DNA of 35,356 nucleotides from Azolla caroliniana. Lineage: Eukaryota > Plantae > Polypodiophyta. The translations under genes and the position numbers were made by a program. This document shows, in pieces, positions 21,290 to 33,732 of this stretch (position 1 is the stretch's first letter; the number at the start of each line of letters is the position of its first letter). The notes beneath the pieces were generated by a model, which worked only from the letters and a program-made list of their open reading frames with translations, was not told the origin of the DNA and searched no databases. The stretch covers positions 1-35,356 of the forward strand of contig JBHGNT010000316.1 in NCBI GenBank assembly GCA_043228905.1. The letters run 5' to 3'.

Positions 21290-22158
21290 ATAGTACATAA
21301 ACCTTGTTCAAATTATTCTCGTGGTCTCTCTCTAATTTCTCGTAAGTGTTTACGAACAAGTGCGTCTCCCCAATCGCGCATTACACCCACACGAACGTAA
21401 ACACGAGCACCAACGTCCCTCCAACACGAACGTAAACACGAGCACCAACGCATAGAATTTGCCTATAGGGACCGCAAACCACCCAAACGGAAAAAAAAAC
21501 ATCAAAGCAGGACACCCATACCGCACACGCCACGGCAACGGCTAAGGCTAAGGTCAACTTGTACACGCGGCGAATGTGAACTTGCTTCCACACTTGCCCG
21601 ATAGGACACTCCTAGTGTGGTAGTCCGGTTAGCTTTCCTTGTCGTCGTCGTTACCAACCCCTCGTCCGTCCGAACGAGCGAGTACGGACACCGGTCTATC
21701 TACGTTCATCGATGTAGCACACTCGGGAGCCACCACTCGTCCCGCAGTAGCCTCCGCGTGCTTAGTGTCTCGGCACTAGCGCGTTCTAGTTTAATGTGCA
21801 CGTGCCCGCACACCCCTACGCGCACGCGCGAGTGCGCACATTTACCTATGTATGTATAAATGTTATGTTGCTCGACAAGCTCTCGCGCGAGGAGGAGGAG
21901 TACCCGCTACAGGTTGCGCCCAGATTGTCTGGTGACAATACGACACCTAGGACTAGCCTAGACGTGTGGGAGGGTGGACTAGTTGGTATGGGTCTTGGGC
22001 AAGAGTTGTACGCAGGACACACACGTTATGGTAATGGGAGTGGTGAGTGACATGCATGTGCTCTGATTGCATGGCCATGTGTATATATTAAAGGTGGAGG
22101 GAGCAATGTCAATACAATCCATTAGGAGACAAGCACCGGGATCATAAGGACAATCGCA

Positions 22159-22944
22159 ATGGCAAAGCTTACTTCCGTATTCCTCATGGCCGTGATCATG
22201 CTCGCCGCGTGTACCGCGGCCAATGCTAGGTCTGTAGGGCGGGACCGTGAAGAGGAGCGACGCGATCGACGTCGTGAGGGAGACATTGACGAGGAGAGGC
22301 GCGATCGACGCCGAGAGGGGGAGTGCGATGACGAGAGGCGCGAGCGACGTCGTGAGGGGTTCCTTGAGGAGGGGCGCCGCTACAGAGACAACAAGAGAGA
22401 CTCCGAAGAGGAAAGGGAACGTCGTAGCCGTGGTCGCGATGAGCCACGTGACGAGGAACTGAGGCGAGAGTGCGGTGATTTCATCGACAAGCAGATCCGA
22501 GAGCTACAAGAGCGCTCCGAAAGAGAGGAAGGTGAACAAGGACGTCGCTCCCCATGGATCGAAAACACTCGATACTCAAGACCCTCGGAACGGTGCTGCA
22601 GGAACGTCGAACGAATCCCCGCCGAAGATCGATGCGATCGCCTACGTGATGCCTTGTATGCTGACGAGGAGGAACGACGCAATGATGAAGGCCGACGCCA
22701 TGGCCAACAATCAAGGGAACACCGTAGCTGGGAGGAAGAGGACGAGGAGCGCGAGAGAGATAGCAGCCGTGAGCGACGAGAGGGTGACGAACGCCGCCAC
22801 CGCATGTCTCGACGACAAGAGGACGAACGTCAACAACGTCGCCAATTCAAGGCCGATGACGAGGAAAGAGCTCTAGGCGTCGCCGCCTCCCGCCTACTCC
22901 AACAGTGCGATCTTCGCCCTCGTGCTTGTATTCGTCGCTTCTAA
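22159..22944 (+). CDS. 2S albumin-like storage protein precursor, copy 14 (261 aa)
   Basis: Translation identical to copy 2. Confidence 0.88.
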   Translation: MAKLTSVFLMAVIMLAACTAANARSVGRDREEERRDRRREGDIDEERRDRRREGECDDERRERRREGFLEEGRRYRDNKRDSEEERERRSRGRDEPRDEELRRECGDFIDKQIRELQERSEREEGEQGRRSPWIENTRYSRPSERCCRNVERIPAEDRCDRLRDALYADEEERRNDEGRRHGQQSREHRSWEEEDEERERDSSRERREGDERRHRMSRRQEDERQQRRQFKADDEERALGVAASRLLQQCDLRPRACIRRF

Positions 22945-23813
22945 ATAGTACATAAACCTTGTTCAAATTATTCTCGTGGTCTCTCTCTAATTTCTCGTAA
23001 GTGTTTACGAACAAGTGCGTCTCCCCAATCGCGCATTACACCCACACGAACGTAAACACGAGCACCAACGTCCCTCCAACACGAACGTAAACACGAGCAC
23101 CAACGCATAGAATTTGCCTATAGGGACCGCAAACCACCCAAACGGAAAAGAAAACATCAAAGCAGGACACCCATACCGCACACGCCACGGCAACGGCTAA
23201 GGCTAAGGTCAACTTGTACACGCGGCGAATGTGAACTTGCTTCCACACTTGCCCGATAGGACACTCCTAGTGTGGTAGTCCGGTTAGCTTTCCTTGTCGT
23301 CGTCGTTACCAACCCCTCGTCCGTCCGAACGAGCGAGTACGGACACCGGTCTATCTACGTTCATCGATGTAGCACACTCGGGAGCCACCACTCGTCCCGC
23401 AGTAGCCTCCGCGTGCTTAGTGTCTCGGCACTAGCGCGTTCTAGTTTAATGTGCACGTGCCCGCACACCCCTACGCGCACGCGCGAGTGCGCACATTTAC
23501 CTATGTATGTATAAATGTTATGTTGCTCGACAAGCTCTCGCGCGAGGAGGAGGAGTACCCGCTACAGGTTGCGCCCAGATTGTCTGGTGACAATACGACA
23601 CCTAGGACTAGCCTAGACGTGTGGGAGGGTGGACTAGTTGGTATGGGTCTTGGGCAAGAGTTGTACGCAGGACACACACGTTATGGTAATGGGAGTGGTG
23701 AGTGACATGCATGTGCTCTGATTGCATGGCCATGTGTATATATTAAAGGTGGAGGGAGCAATGTCAATACAATCCATTAGGAGACAAGCACCGGGATCAT
23801 AAGGACAATCGCA

Positions 23814-24599
23814 ATGGCAAAGCTTACTTCCGTATTCCTCATGGCCGTGATCATGCTCGCCGCGTGTACCGCGGCCAATGCTAGGTCTGTAGGGCGGGAC
23901 CGTGAAGAGGAGCGACGCGATCGACGTCGTGAGGGAGACATTGACGAGGAGAGGCGCGATCGACGCCGAGAGGGGGAGTGCGATGACGAGAGGCGCGAGC
24001 GACGTCGTGAGGGGTTCCTTGAGGAGGGGCGCCGCTACAGAGACAACAAGAGAGACTCCGAAGAGGAAAGGGAACGTCGTAGCCGTGGTCGCGATGAGCC
24101 ACGTGACGAGGAACTGAGGCGAGAGTGCGGTGATTTCATCGACAAGCAGATCCGAGAGCTACAAGAGCGCTCCGAAAGAGAGGAAGGTGAACAAGGACGT
24201 CGCTCCCCATGGATCGAAAACACTCGATACTCAAGACCCTCGGAACGGTGCTGCAGGAACGTCGAACGAATCCCCGCCGAAGATCGATGCGATCGCCTAC
24301 GTGATGCCTTGTATGCTGACGAGGAGGAACGACGCAATGATGAAGGCCGACGCCATGGCCAACAATCAAGGGAACACCGTAGCTGGGAGGAAGAGGACGA
24401 GGAGCGCGAGAGAGATAGCAGCCGTGAGCGACGAGAGGGTGACGAACGCCGCCACCGCATGTCTCGACGACAAGAGGACGAACGTCAACAACGTCGCCAA
24501 TTCAAGGCCGATGACGAGGAAAGAGCTCTAGGCGTCGCCGCCTCCCGCCTACTCCAACAGTGCGATCTTCGCCCTCGTGCTTGTATTCGTCGCTTCTAA
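23814..24599 (+). CDS. 2S albumin-like storage protein precursor, copy 15 (261 aa)
   Basis: Translation identical to copy 2. Confidence 0.88.
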   Translation: MAKLTSVFLMAVIMLAACTAANARSVGRDREEERRDRRREGDIDEERRDRRREGECDDERRERRREGFLEEGRRYRDNKRDSEEERERRSRGRDEPRDEELRRECGDFIDKQIRELQERSEREEGEQGRRSPWIENTRYSRPSERCCRNVERIPAEDRCDRLRDALYADEEERRNDEGRRHGQQSREHRSWEEEDEERERDSSRERREGDERRHRMSRRQEDERQQRRQFKADDEERALGVAASRLLQQCDLRPRACIRRF

Positions 24600-25468
24600 A
24601 TAGTACATAAACCTTGTTCAAATTATTCTCGTGGTCTCTCTCTAATTTCTCGTAAGTGTTTACGAACAAGTGCGTCTCCCCAATCGCGCATTACACCCAC
24701 ACGAACGTAAACACGAGCACCAACGTCCCTCCAACACGAACGTAAACACGAGCACCAACGCATAGAATTTGCCTATAGGGACCGCAAACCACCCAAACGG
24801 AAAAGAAAACATCAAAGCAGGACACCCATACCGCACACGCCACGGCAACGGCTAAGGCTAAGGTCAACTTGTACACGCGGCGAATGTGAACTTGCTTCCA
24901 CACTTGCCCGATAGGACACTCCTAGTGTGGTAGTCCGGTTAGCTTTCCTTGTTGTCGTCGTTACCAACCCCTCGTCCGTCCGAACGAGCGAGTACGGACA
25001 CCGGTCTATCTACGTTCATCGATGTAGCACACTCGGGAGCCACCACTCGTCCCGCAGTAGCCTCCGCGTGCTTAGTGTCTCGGCACTAGCGCGTTCTAGT
25101 TTAATGTGCACGTGCCCGCACACCCCTACGCGCACGCGCGAGTGCGCACATTTACCTATGTATGTATAAATGTTATGTTGCTCGACAAGCTCTCGCGCGA
25201 GGAGGAGGAGTACCCGCTACAGGTTGCGCCCAGATTGTCTGGTGACAATACGACACCTAGGACTAGCCTAGACGTGTGGGAGGGTGGACTAGTTGGTATG
25301 GGTCTTGGGCAAGAGTTGTACGCAGGACACACACGTTATGGTAATGGGAGTGGTGAGTGACATGCATGTGCTCTGATTGCATGGCCATGTGTATATATTA
25401 AAGGTGGAGGGAGCAATGTCAATACAATCCATTAGGAGACAAGCACCGGGATCATAAGGACAATCGCA

Positions 25469-26303
25469 ATGGCAAAGCTTACTTCCGTATTCCTCATGGC
25501 CGTGATCATGCTCGCCGCGTGTACCGCGGCCAATGCTAGGTCTGTAGGGCGGGACCGTGAAGAGGAGCGACGCGATCGACGTCGTGAGGGAGACATTGAC
25601 GAGGAGAGGCGCGATCGACGCCGAGAGGGGGAGTGCGATGACGAGAGGCGCGAGCGACGTCGTGAGGGGTTCCTTGAGGAGGGGCGCCGCTACAGAGACA
25701 ACAAGAGAGACTCCGAAGAGGAAAGGGAACGTCGTAGCCGTGGTCGCGATGAGCCACGTGACGAGGAACTGAGGCGAGAGTGCGGTGATTTCATCGACAA
25801 GCAGATCCGAGAGCTACAAGAGCGCTCCGAAAGAGAGGAAGGTGAACAAGGACGTCGCTCCCCATGGATCGAACTCCGAAAGAGAGGAAGGTGAACAAGG
25901 ACGTCGCTCCCCATGGATCGAAAACACTCGATACTCAAGACCCTCGGAACGGTGCTGCAGGAACGTCGAACGAATCCCCGCCGAAGATCGATGCGATCGC
26001 CTACGTGATGCCTTGTATGCTGACGAGGAGGAACGACGCAATGATGAAGGCCGACGCCATGGCCAACAATCAAGGGAACACCGTAGCTGGGAGGAAGAGG
26101 ACGAGGAGCGCGAGAGAGATAGCAGCCGTGAGCGACGAGAGGGTGACGAACGCCGCCACCGCATGTCTCGACGACAAGAGGACGAACGTCAACAACGTCG
26201 CCAATTCAAGGCCGATGACGAGGAAAGAGCTCTAGGCGTCGCCGCCTCCCGCCTACTCCAACAGTGCGATCTTCGCCCTCGTGCTTGTATTCGTCGCTTC
26301 TAA
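25469..26303 (+). pseudogene. 2S albumin-like gene copy 16, frameshifted by a 49-bp internal tandem duplication; premature stop at 25892-25894 (141 aa)
   Basis: CTCCGAAAGAG...GGATCGAA occurs twice (25825-25873 and 25874-25922). The ORF ends SPWIELRKRGR*, before the CC motif. Confidence 0.88.
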
Positions 26304-27172
26304 ATAGTACATAAACCTTGTTCAAATTATTCTCGTGGTCTCTCTCTAATTTCTCGTAAGTGTTTACGAACAAGTGCGTCTCCCCAATCGCGCATTACAC
26401 CCACACGAACGTAAACACGAGCACCAACGTCCCTCCAACACGAACGTAAACACGAGCACCAACGCATAGAATTTGCCTATAGGGACCGCAAACCACCCAA
26501 ACGGAAAAGAAAACATCAAAGCAGGACACCCATACCGCACACGCCACGGCAACGGCTAAGGCTAAGGTCAACTTGTACACGCGGCGAATGTGAACTTGCT
26601 TCCACACTTGCCCGATAGGACACTCCTAGTGTGGTAGTCCGGTTAGCTTTCCTTGTCGTCGTCGTTACCAACCCCTCGTCCGTCCGAACGAGCGAGTACG
26701 GACACCGGTCTATCTACGTTCATCGATGTAGCACACTCGGGAGCCACCACTCGTCCCGCAGTAGCCTCCGCGTGCTTAGTGTCTCGGCACTAGCGCGTTC
26801 TAGTTTAATGTGCACGTGCCCGCACACCCCTACGCGCACGCGCGAGTGCGCACATTTACCTATGTATGTATAAATGTTATGTTGCTCGACAAGCTCTCGC
26901 GCGAGGAGGAGGAGTACCCGCTACAGGTTGCGCCCAGATTGTCTGGTGACAATACGACACCTAGGACTAGCCTAGACGTGTGGGAGGGTGGACTAGTTGG
27001 TATGGGTCTTGGGCAAGAGTTGTACGCAGGACACACACGTTATGGTAATGGGAGTGGTGAGTGACATGCATGTGCTCTGATTGCATGGCCATGTGTATAT
27101 ATTAAAGGTGGAGGGAGCAATGTCAATACAATCCATTAGGAGACAAGCACCGGGATCATAAGGACAATCGCA

Positions 27173-27943
27173 ATGGCAAAGCTTACTTCCGTATTCCTCA
27201 TGGCCGTGATCATGCTCGCCGCGTGTACCGCGGCCAATGCTAGGTCTGTAGGGCGGGACCGTGAAGAGGAGCGACGCGATCGACGTCGTGAGGGAGACAT
27301 TGACGAGGAGAGGCGCGATCGACGCCGAGAGGGGGAGTGCGAGCGACGTCGTGAGGGGTTCCTTGAGGAGGGGCGCCGCTACAGAGACAACAAGAGAGAC
27401 TCCGAAGAGGAAAGGGAACGTCGTAGCCGTGGTCGCGATGAGCCACGTGACGAGGAACTGAGGCGAGAGTGCGGTGATTTCATCGACAAGCAGATCCGAG
27501 AGCTACAAGAGCGCTCCGAAAGAGAGGAAGGTGAACAAGGACGTCGCTCCCCATGGATCGAAAACACTCGATACTCAAGACCCTCGGAACGGTGCTGCAG
27601 GAACGTCGAACGAATCCCCGCCGAAGATCGATGCGATCGCCTACGTGATGCCTTGTATGCTGACGAGGAGGAACGACGCAATGATGAAGGCCGACGCCAT
27701 GGCCAACAATCAAGGGAACACCGTAGCTGGGAGGAAGAGGACGAGGAGCGCGAGAGAGATAGCAGCCGTGAGCGACGAGAGGGTGACGAACGCCGCCACC
27801 GCATGTCTCGACGACAAGAGGACGAACGTCAACAACGTCGCCAATTCAAGGCCGATGACGAGGAAAGAGCTCTAGGCGTCGCCGCCTCCCGCCTACTCCA
27901 ACAGTGCGATCTTCGCCCTCGTGCTTGTATTCGTCGCTTCTAA
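27173..27943 (+). CDS. 2S albumin-like storage protein precursor, copy 17 (256 aa, in-frame loss of DDERR)
   Basis: 15-bp deletion at ~27339-27342; otherwise as consensus. Confidence 0.88.
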   Translation: MAKLTSVFLMAVIMLAACTAANARSVGRDREEERRDRRREGDIDEERRDRRREGECERRREGFLEEGRRYRDNKRDSEEERERRSRGRDEPRDEELRRECGDFIDKQIRELQERSEREEGEQGRRSPWIENTRYSRPSERCCRNVERIPAEDRCDRLRDALYADEEERRNDEGRRHGQQSREHRSWEEEDEERERDSSRERREGDERRHRMSRRQEDERQQRRQFKADDEERALGVAASRLLQQCDLRPRACIRRF

Positions 27944-28812
27944 ATAGTACATAAACCTTGTTCAAATTATTCTCGTGGTCTCTCTCTAATTTCTCGTAAG
28001 TGTTTACGAACAAGTGCGTCTCCCCAATCGCGCATTACACCCACACGAACGTAAACACGAGCACCAACGTCCCTCCAACACGAACGTAAACACGAGCACC
28101 AACGCATAGAATTTGCCTATAGGGACCGCAAACCACCCAAACGGAAAAGAAAACATCAAAGCAGGACACCCATACCGCACACGCCACGGCAACGGCTAAG
28201 GCTAAGGTCAACTTGTACACGCGGCGAATGTGAACTTGCTTCCACACTTGCCCGATAGGACACTCCTAGTGTGGTAGTCCGGTTAGCTTTCCTTGTCGTC
28301 GTCGTTACCAACCCCTCGTCCGTCCGAACGAGCGAGTACGGACACCGGTCTATCTACGTTCATCGATGTAGCACACTCGGGAGCCACCACTCGTCCCGCA
28401 GTAGCCTCCGCGTGCTTAGTGTCTCGGCACTAGCGCGTTCTAGTTTAATGTGCACGTGCCCGCACACCCCTACGCGCACGCGCGAGTGCGCACATTTACC
28501 TATGTATGTATAAATGTTATGTTGCTCGACAAGCTCTCGCGCGAGGAGGAGGAGTACCCGCTACAGGTTGCGCCCAGATTGTCTGGTGACAATACGACAC
28601 CTAGGACTAGCCTAGACGTGTGGGAGGGTGGACTAGTTGGTATGGGTCTTGGGCAAGAGTTGTACGCAGGACACACACGTTATGGTAATGGGAGTGGTGA
28701 GTGACATGCATGTGCTCTGATTGCATGGCCATGTGTATATATTAAAGGTGGAGGGAGCAATGTCAATACAATCCATTAGGAGACAAGCACCGGGATCATA
28801 AGGACAATCGCA

Positions 28813-29583
28813 ATGGCAAAGCTTACTTCCGTATTCCTCATGGCCGTGATCATGCTCGCCGCGTGTACCGCGGCCAATGCTAGGTCTGTAGGGCGGGACC
28901 GTGAAGAGGAGCGACGCGATCGACGTCGTGAGGGAGACATTGACGAGGAGAGGCGCGATCGACGCCGAGAGGGGGAGTGCGAGCGACGTCGTGAGGGGTT
29001 CCTTGAGGAGGGGCGCCGCTACAGAGACAACAAGAGAGACTCCGAAGAGGAAAGGGAACGTCGTAGCCGTGGTCGCGATGAGCCACGTGACGAGGAACTG
29101 AGGCGAGAGTGCGGTGATTTCATCGACAAGCAGATCCGAGAGCTACAAGAGCGCTCCGAAAGAGAGGAAGGTGAACAAGGACGTCGCTCCCCATGGATCG
29201 AAAACACTCGATACTCAAGACCCTCGGAACGGTGCTGCAGGAACGTCGAACGAATCCCCGCCGAAGATCGATGCGATCGCCTACGTGATGCCTTGTATGC
29301 TGACGAGGAGGAACGACGCAATGATGAAGGCCGACGCCATGGCCAACAATCAAGGGAACACCGTAGCTGGGAGGAAGAGGACGAGGAGCGCGAGAGAGAT
29401 AGCAGCCGTGAGCGACGAGAGGGTGACGAACGCCGCCACCGCATGTCTCGACGACAAGAGGACGAACGTCAACAACGTCGCCAATTCAAGGCCGATGACG
29501 AGGAAAGAGCTCTAGGCGTCGCCGCCTCCCGCCTACTCCAACAGTGCGATCTTCGCCCTCGTGCTTGTATTCGTCGCTTCTAA
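28813..29583 (+). CDS. 2S albumin-like storage protein precursor, copy 18 (256 aa variant)
   Basis: Translation identical to copy 17. Confidence 0.88.
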   Translation: MAKLTSVFLMAVIMLAACTAANARSVGRDREEERRDRRREGDIDEERRDRRREGECERRREGFLEEGRRYRDNKRDSEEERERRSRGRDEPRDEELRRECGDFIDKQIRELQERSEREEGEQGRRSPWIENTRYSRPSERCCRNVERIPAEDRCDRLRDALYADEEERRNDEGRRHGQQSREHRSWEEEDEERERDSSRERREGDERRHRMSRRQEDERQQRRQFKADDEERALGVAASRLLQQCDLRPRACIRRF

Positions 29584-30452
29584 ATAGTACATAAACCTTG
29601 TTCAAATTATTCTCGTGGTCTCTCTCTAATTTCTCGTAAGTGTTTACGAACAAGTGCGTCTCCCCAATCGCGCATTACACCCACACGAACGTAAACACGA
29701 GCACCAACGTCCCTCCAACACGAACGTAAACACGAGCACCAACGCATAGAATTTGCCTATAGGGACCGCAAACCACCCAAACGGAAAAGAAAACATCAAA
29801 GCAGGACACCCATACCGCACACGCCACGGCAACGGCTAAGGCTAAGGTCAACTTGTACACGCGGCGAATGTGAACTTGCTTCCACACTTGCCCGATAGGA
29901 CACTCCTAGTGTGGTAGTCCGGTTAGCTTTCCTTGTCGTCGTCGTTACCAACCCCTCGTCCGTCCGAACGAGCGAGTACGGACACCGGTCTATCTACGTT
30001 CATCGATGTAGCACACTCGGGAGCCACCACTCGTCCCGCAGTAGCCTCCGCGTGCTTAGTGTCTCGGCACTAGCGCGTTCTAGTTTAATGTGCACGTGCC
30101 CGCACACCCCTACGCGCACGCGCGAGTGCGCACATTTACCTATGTATGTATAAATGTTATGTTGCTCGACAAGCTCTCGCGCGAGGAGGAGGAGTACCCG
30201 CTACAGGTTGCGCCCAGATTGTCTGGTGACAATACGACACCTAGGACTAGCCTAGACGTGTGGGAGGGTGGACTAGTTGGTATGGGTCTTGGGCAAGAGT
30301 TGTACGCAGGACACACACGTTATGGTAATGGGAGTGGTGAGTGACATGCATGTGCTCTGATTGCATGGCCATGTGTATATATTAAAGGTGGAGGGAGCAA
30401 TGTCAATACAATCCATTAGGAGACAAGCACCGGGATCATAAGGACAATCGCA

Positions 30453-31223
30453 ATGGCAAAGCTTACTTCCGTATTCCTCATGGCCGTGATCATGCTCGCC
30501 GCGTGTACCGCGGCCAATGCTAGGTCTGTAGGGCGGGACCGTGAAGAGGAGCGACGCGATCGACGTCGTGAGGGAGACATTGACGAGGAGAGGCGCGATC
30601 GACGCCGAGAGGGGGAGTGCGAGCGACGTCGTGAGGGGTTCCTTGAGGAGGGGCGCCGCTACAGAGACAACAAGAGAGACTCCGAAGAGGAAAGGGAACG
30701 TCGTAGCCGTGGTCGCGATGAGCCACGTGACGAGGAACTGAGGCGAGAGTGCGGTGATTTCATCGACAAGCAGATCCGAGAGCTACAAGAGCGCTCCGAA
30801 AGAGAGGAAGGTGAACAAGGACGTCGCTCCCCATGGATCGAAAACACTCGATACTCAAGACCCTCGGAACGGTGCTGCAGGAACGTCGAACGAATCCCCG
30901 CCGAAGATCGATGCGATCGCCTACGTGATGCCTTGTATGCTGACGAGGAGGAACGACGCAATGATGAAGGCCGACGCCATGGCCAACAATCAAGGGAACA
31001 CCGTAGCTGGGAGGAAGAGGACGAGGAGCGCGAGAGAGATAGCAGCCGTGAGCGACGAGAGGGTGACGAACGCCGCCACCGCATGTCTCGACGACAAGAG
31101 GACGAACGTCAACAACGTCGCCAATTCAAGGCCGATGACGAGGAAAGAGCTCTAGGCGTCGCCGCCTCCCGCCTACTCCAACAGTGCGATCTTCGCCCTC
31201 GTGCTTGTATTCGTCGCTTCTAA
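30453..31223 (+). CDS. 2S albumin-like storage protein precursor, copy 19 (256 aa variant)
   Basis: Translation identical to copy 17. Confidence 0.88.
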   Translation: MAKLTSVFLMAVIMLAACTAANARSVGRDREEERRDRRREGDIDEERRDRRREGECERRREGFLEEGRRYRDNKRDSEEERERRSRGRDEPRDEELRRECGDFIDKQIRELQERSEREEGEQGRRSPWIENTRYSRPSERCCRNVERIPAEDRCDRLRDALYADEEERRNDEGRRHGQQSREHRSWEEEDEERERDSSRERREGDERRHRMSRRQEDERQQRRQFKADDEERALGVAASRLLQQCDLRPRACIRRF

Positions 31224-32092
31224 ATAGTACATAAACCTTGTTCAAATTATTCTCGTGGTCTCTCTCTAATTTCTCGTAAGTGTTTACGAACAAGTGCGTC
31301 TCCCCAATCGCGCATTACACCCACACGAACGTAAACACGAGCACCAACGTCCCTCCAACACGAACGTAAACACGAGCACCAACGCATAGAATTTGCCTAT
31401 AGGGACCGCAAACCACCCAAACGGAAAAGAAAACATCAAAGCAGGACACCCATACCGCACACGCCACGGCAACGGCTAAGGCTAAGGTCAACTTGTACAC
31501 GCGGCGAATGTGAACTTGCTTCCACACTTGCCCGATAGGACACTCCTAGTGTGGTAGTCCGGTTAGCTTTCCTTGTCGTCGTCGTTACCAACCCCTCGTC
31601 CGTCCGAACGAGCGAGTACGGACACCGGTCTATCTACGTTCATCGATGTAGCACACTCGGGAGCCACCACTCGTCCCGCAGTAGCCTCCGCGTGCTTAGT
31701 GTCTCGGCACTAGCGCGTTCTAGTTTAATGTGCACGTGCCCGCACACCCCTACGCGCACGCGCGAGTGCGCACATTTACCTATGTATGTATAAATGTTAT
31801 GTTGCTCGACAAGCTCTCGCGCGAGGAGGAGGAGTACCCGCTACAGGTTGCGCCCAGATTGTCTGGTGACAATACGACACCTAGGACTAGCCTAGACGTG
31901 TGGGAGGGTGGACTAGTTGGTATGGGTCTTGGGCAAGAGTTGTACGCAGGACACACACGTTATGGTAATGGGAGTGGTGAGTGACATGCATGTGCTCTGA
32001 TTGCATGGCCATGTGTATATATTAAAGGTGGAGGGAGCAATGTCAATACAATCCATTAGGAGACAAGCACCGGGATCATAAGGACAATCGCA

Positions 32093-32863
32093 ATGGCAAA
32101 GCTTACTTCCGTATTCCTCATGGCCGTGATCATGCTCGCCGCGTGTACCGCGGCCAATGCTAGGTCTGTAGGGCGGGACCGTGAAGAGGAGCGACGCGAT
32201 CGACGTCGTGAGGGAGACATTGACGAGGAGAGGCGCGATCGACGCCGAGAGGGGGAGTGCGAGCGACGTCGTGAGGGGTTCCTTGAGGAGGGGCGCCGCT
32301 ACAGAGACAACAAGAGAGACTCCGAAGAGGAAAGGGAACGTCGTAGCCGTGGTCGCGATGAGCCACGTGACGAGGAACTGAGGCGAGAGTGCGGTGATTT
32401 CATCGACAAGCAGATCCGAGAGCTACAAGAGCGCTCCGAAAGAGAGGAAGGTGAACAAGGACGTCGCTCCCCATGGATCGAAAACACTCGATACTCAAGA
32501 CCCTCGGAACGGTGCTGCAGGAACGTCGAACGAATCCCCGCCGAAGATCGATGCGATCGCCTACGTGATGCCTTGTATGCTGACGAGGAGGAACGACGCA
32601 ATGATGAAGGCCGACGCCATGGCCAACAATCAAGGGAACACCGTAGCTGGGAGGAAGAGGACGAGGAGCGCGAGAGAGATAGCAGCCGTGAGCGACGAGA
32701 GGGTGACGAACGCCGCCACCGCATGTCTCGACGACAAGAGGACGAACGTCAACAACGTCGCCAATTCAAGGCCGATGACGAGGAAAGAGCTCTAGGCGTC
32801 GCCGCCTCCCGCCTACTCCAACAGTGCGATCTTCGCCCTCGTGCTTGTATTCGTCGCTTCTAA
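32093..32863 (+). CDS. 2S albumin-like storage protein precursor, copy 20 (256 aa variant)
   Basis: Translation identical to copy 17. Confidence 0.88.
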   Translation: MAKLTSVFLMAVIMLAACTAANARSVGRDREEERRDRRREGDIDEERRDRRREGECERRREGFLEEGRRYRDNKRDSEEERERRSRGRDEPRDEELRRECGDFIDKQIRELQERSEREEGEQGRRSPWIENTRYSRPSERCCRNVERIPAEDRCDRLRDALYADEEERRNDEGRRHGQQSREHRSWEEEDEERERDSSRERREGDERRHRMSRRQEDERQQRRQFKADDEERALGVAASRLLQQCDLRPRACIRRF

Positions 32864-33732
32864 ATAGTACATAAACCTTGTTCAAATTATTCTCGTGGTC
32901 TCTCTCTAATTTCTCGTAAGTGTTTACGAACAAGTGCGTCTCCCCAATCGCGCATTACACCCACACGAACGTAAACACGAGCACCAACGTCCCTCCAACA
33001 CGAACGTAAACACGAGCACCAACGCATAGAATTTGCCTATAGGGACCGCAAACCACCCAAACGGAAAAGAAAACATCAAAGCAGGACACCCATACCGCAC
33101 ACGCCACGGCAACGGCTAAGGCTAAGGTCAACTTGTACACGCGGCGAATGTGAACTTGCTTCCACACTTGCCCGATAGGACACTCCTAGTGTGGTAGTCC
33201 GGTTAGCTTTCCTTGTCGTCGTCGTTACCAACCCCTCGTCCGTCCGAACGAGCGAGTACGGACACCGGTCTATCTACGTTCATCGATGTAGCACACTCGG
33301 GAGCCACCACTCGTCCCGCAGTAGCCTCCGCGTGCTTAGTGTCTCGGCACTAGCGCGTTCTAGTTTAATGTGCACGTGCCCGCACACCCCTACGCGCACG
33401 CGCGAGTGCGCACATTTACCTATGTATGTATAAATGTTATGTTGCTCGACAAGCTCTCGCGCGAGGAGGAGGAGTACCCGCTACAGGTTGCGCCCAGATT
33501 GTCTGGTGACAATACGACACCTAGGACTAGCCTAGACGTGTGGGAGGGTGGACTAGTTGGTATGGGTCTTGGGCAAGAGTTGTACGCAGGACACACACGT
33601 TATGGTAATGGGAGTGGTGAGTGACATGCATGTGCTCTGATTGCATGGCCATGTGTATATATTAAAGGTGGAGGGAGCAATGTCAATACAATCCATTAGG
33701 AGACAAGCACCGGGATCATAAGGACAATCGCA

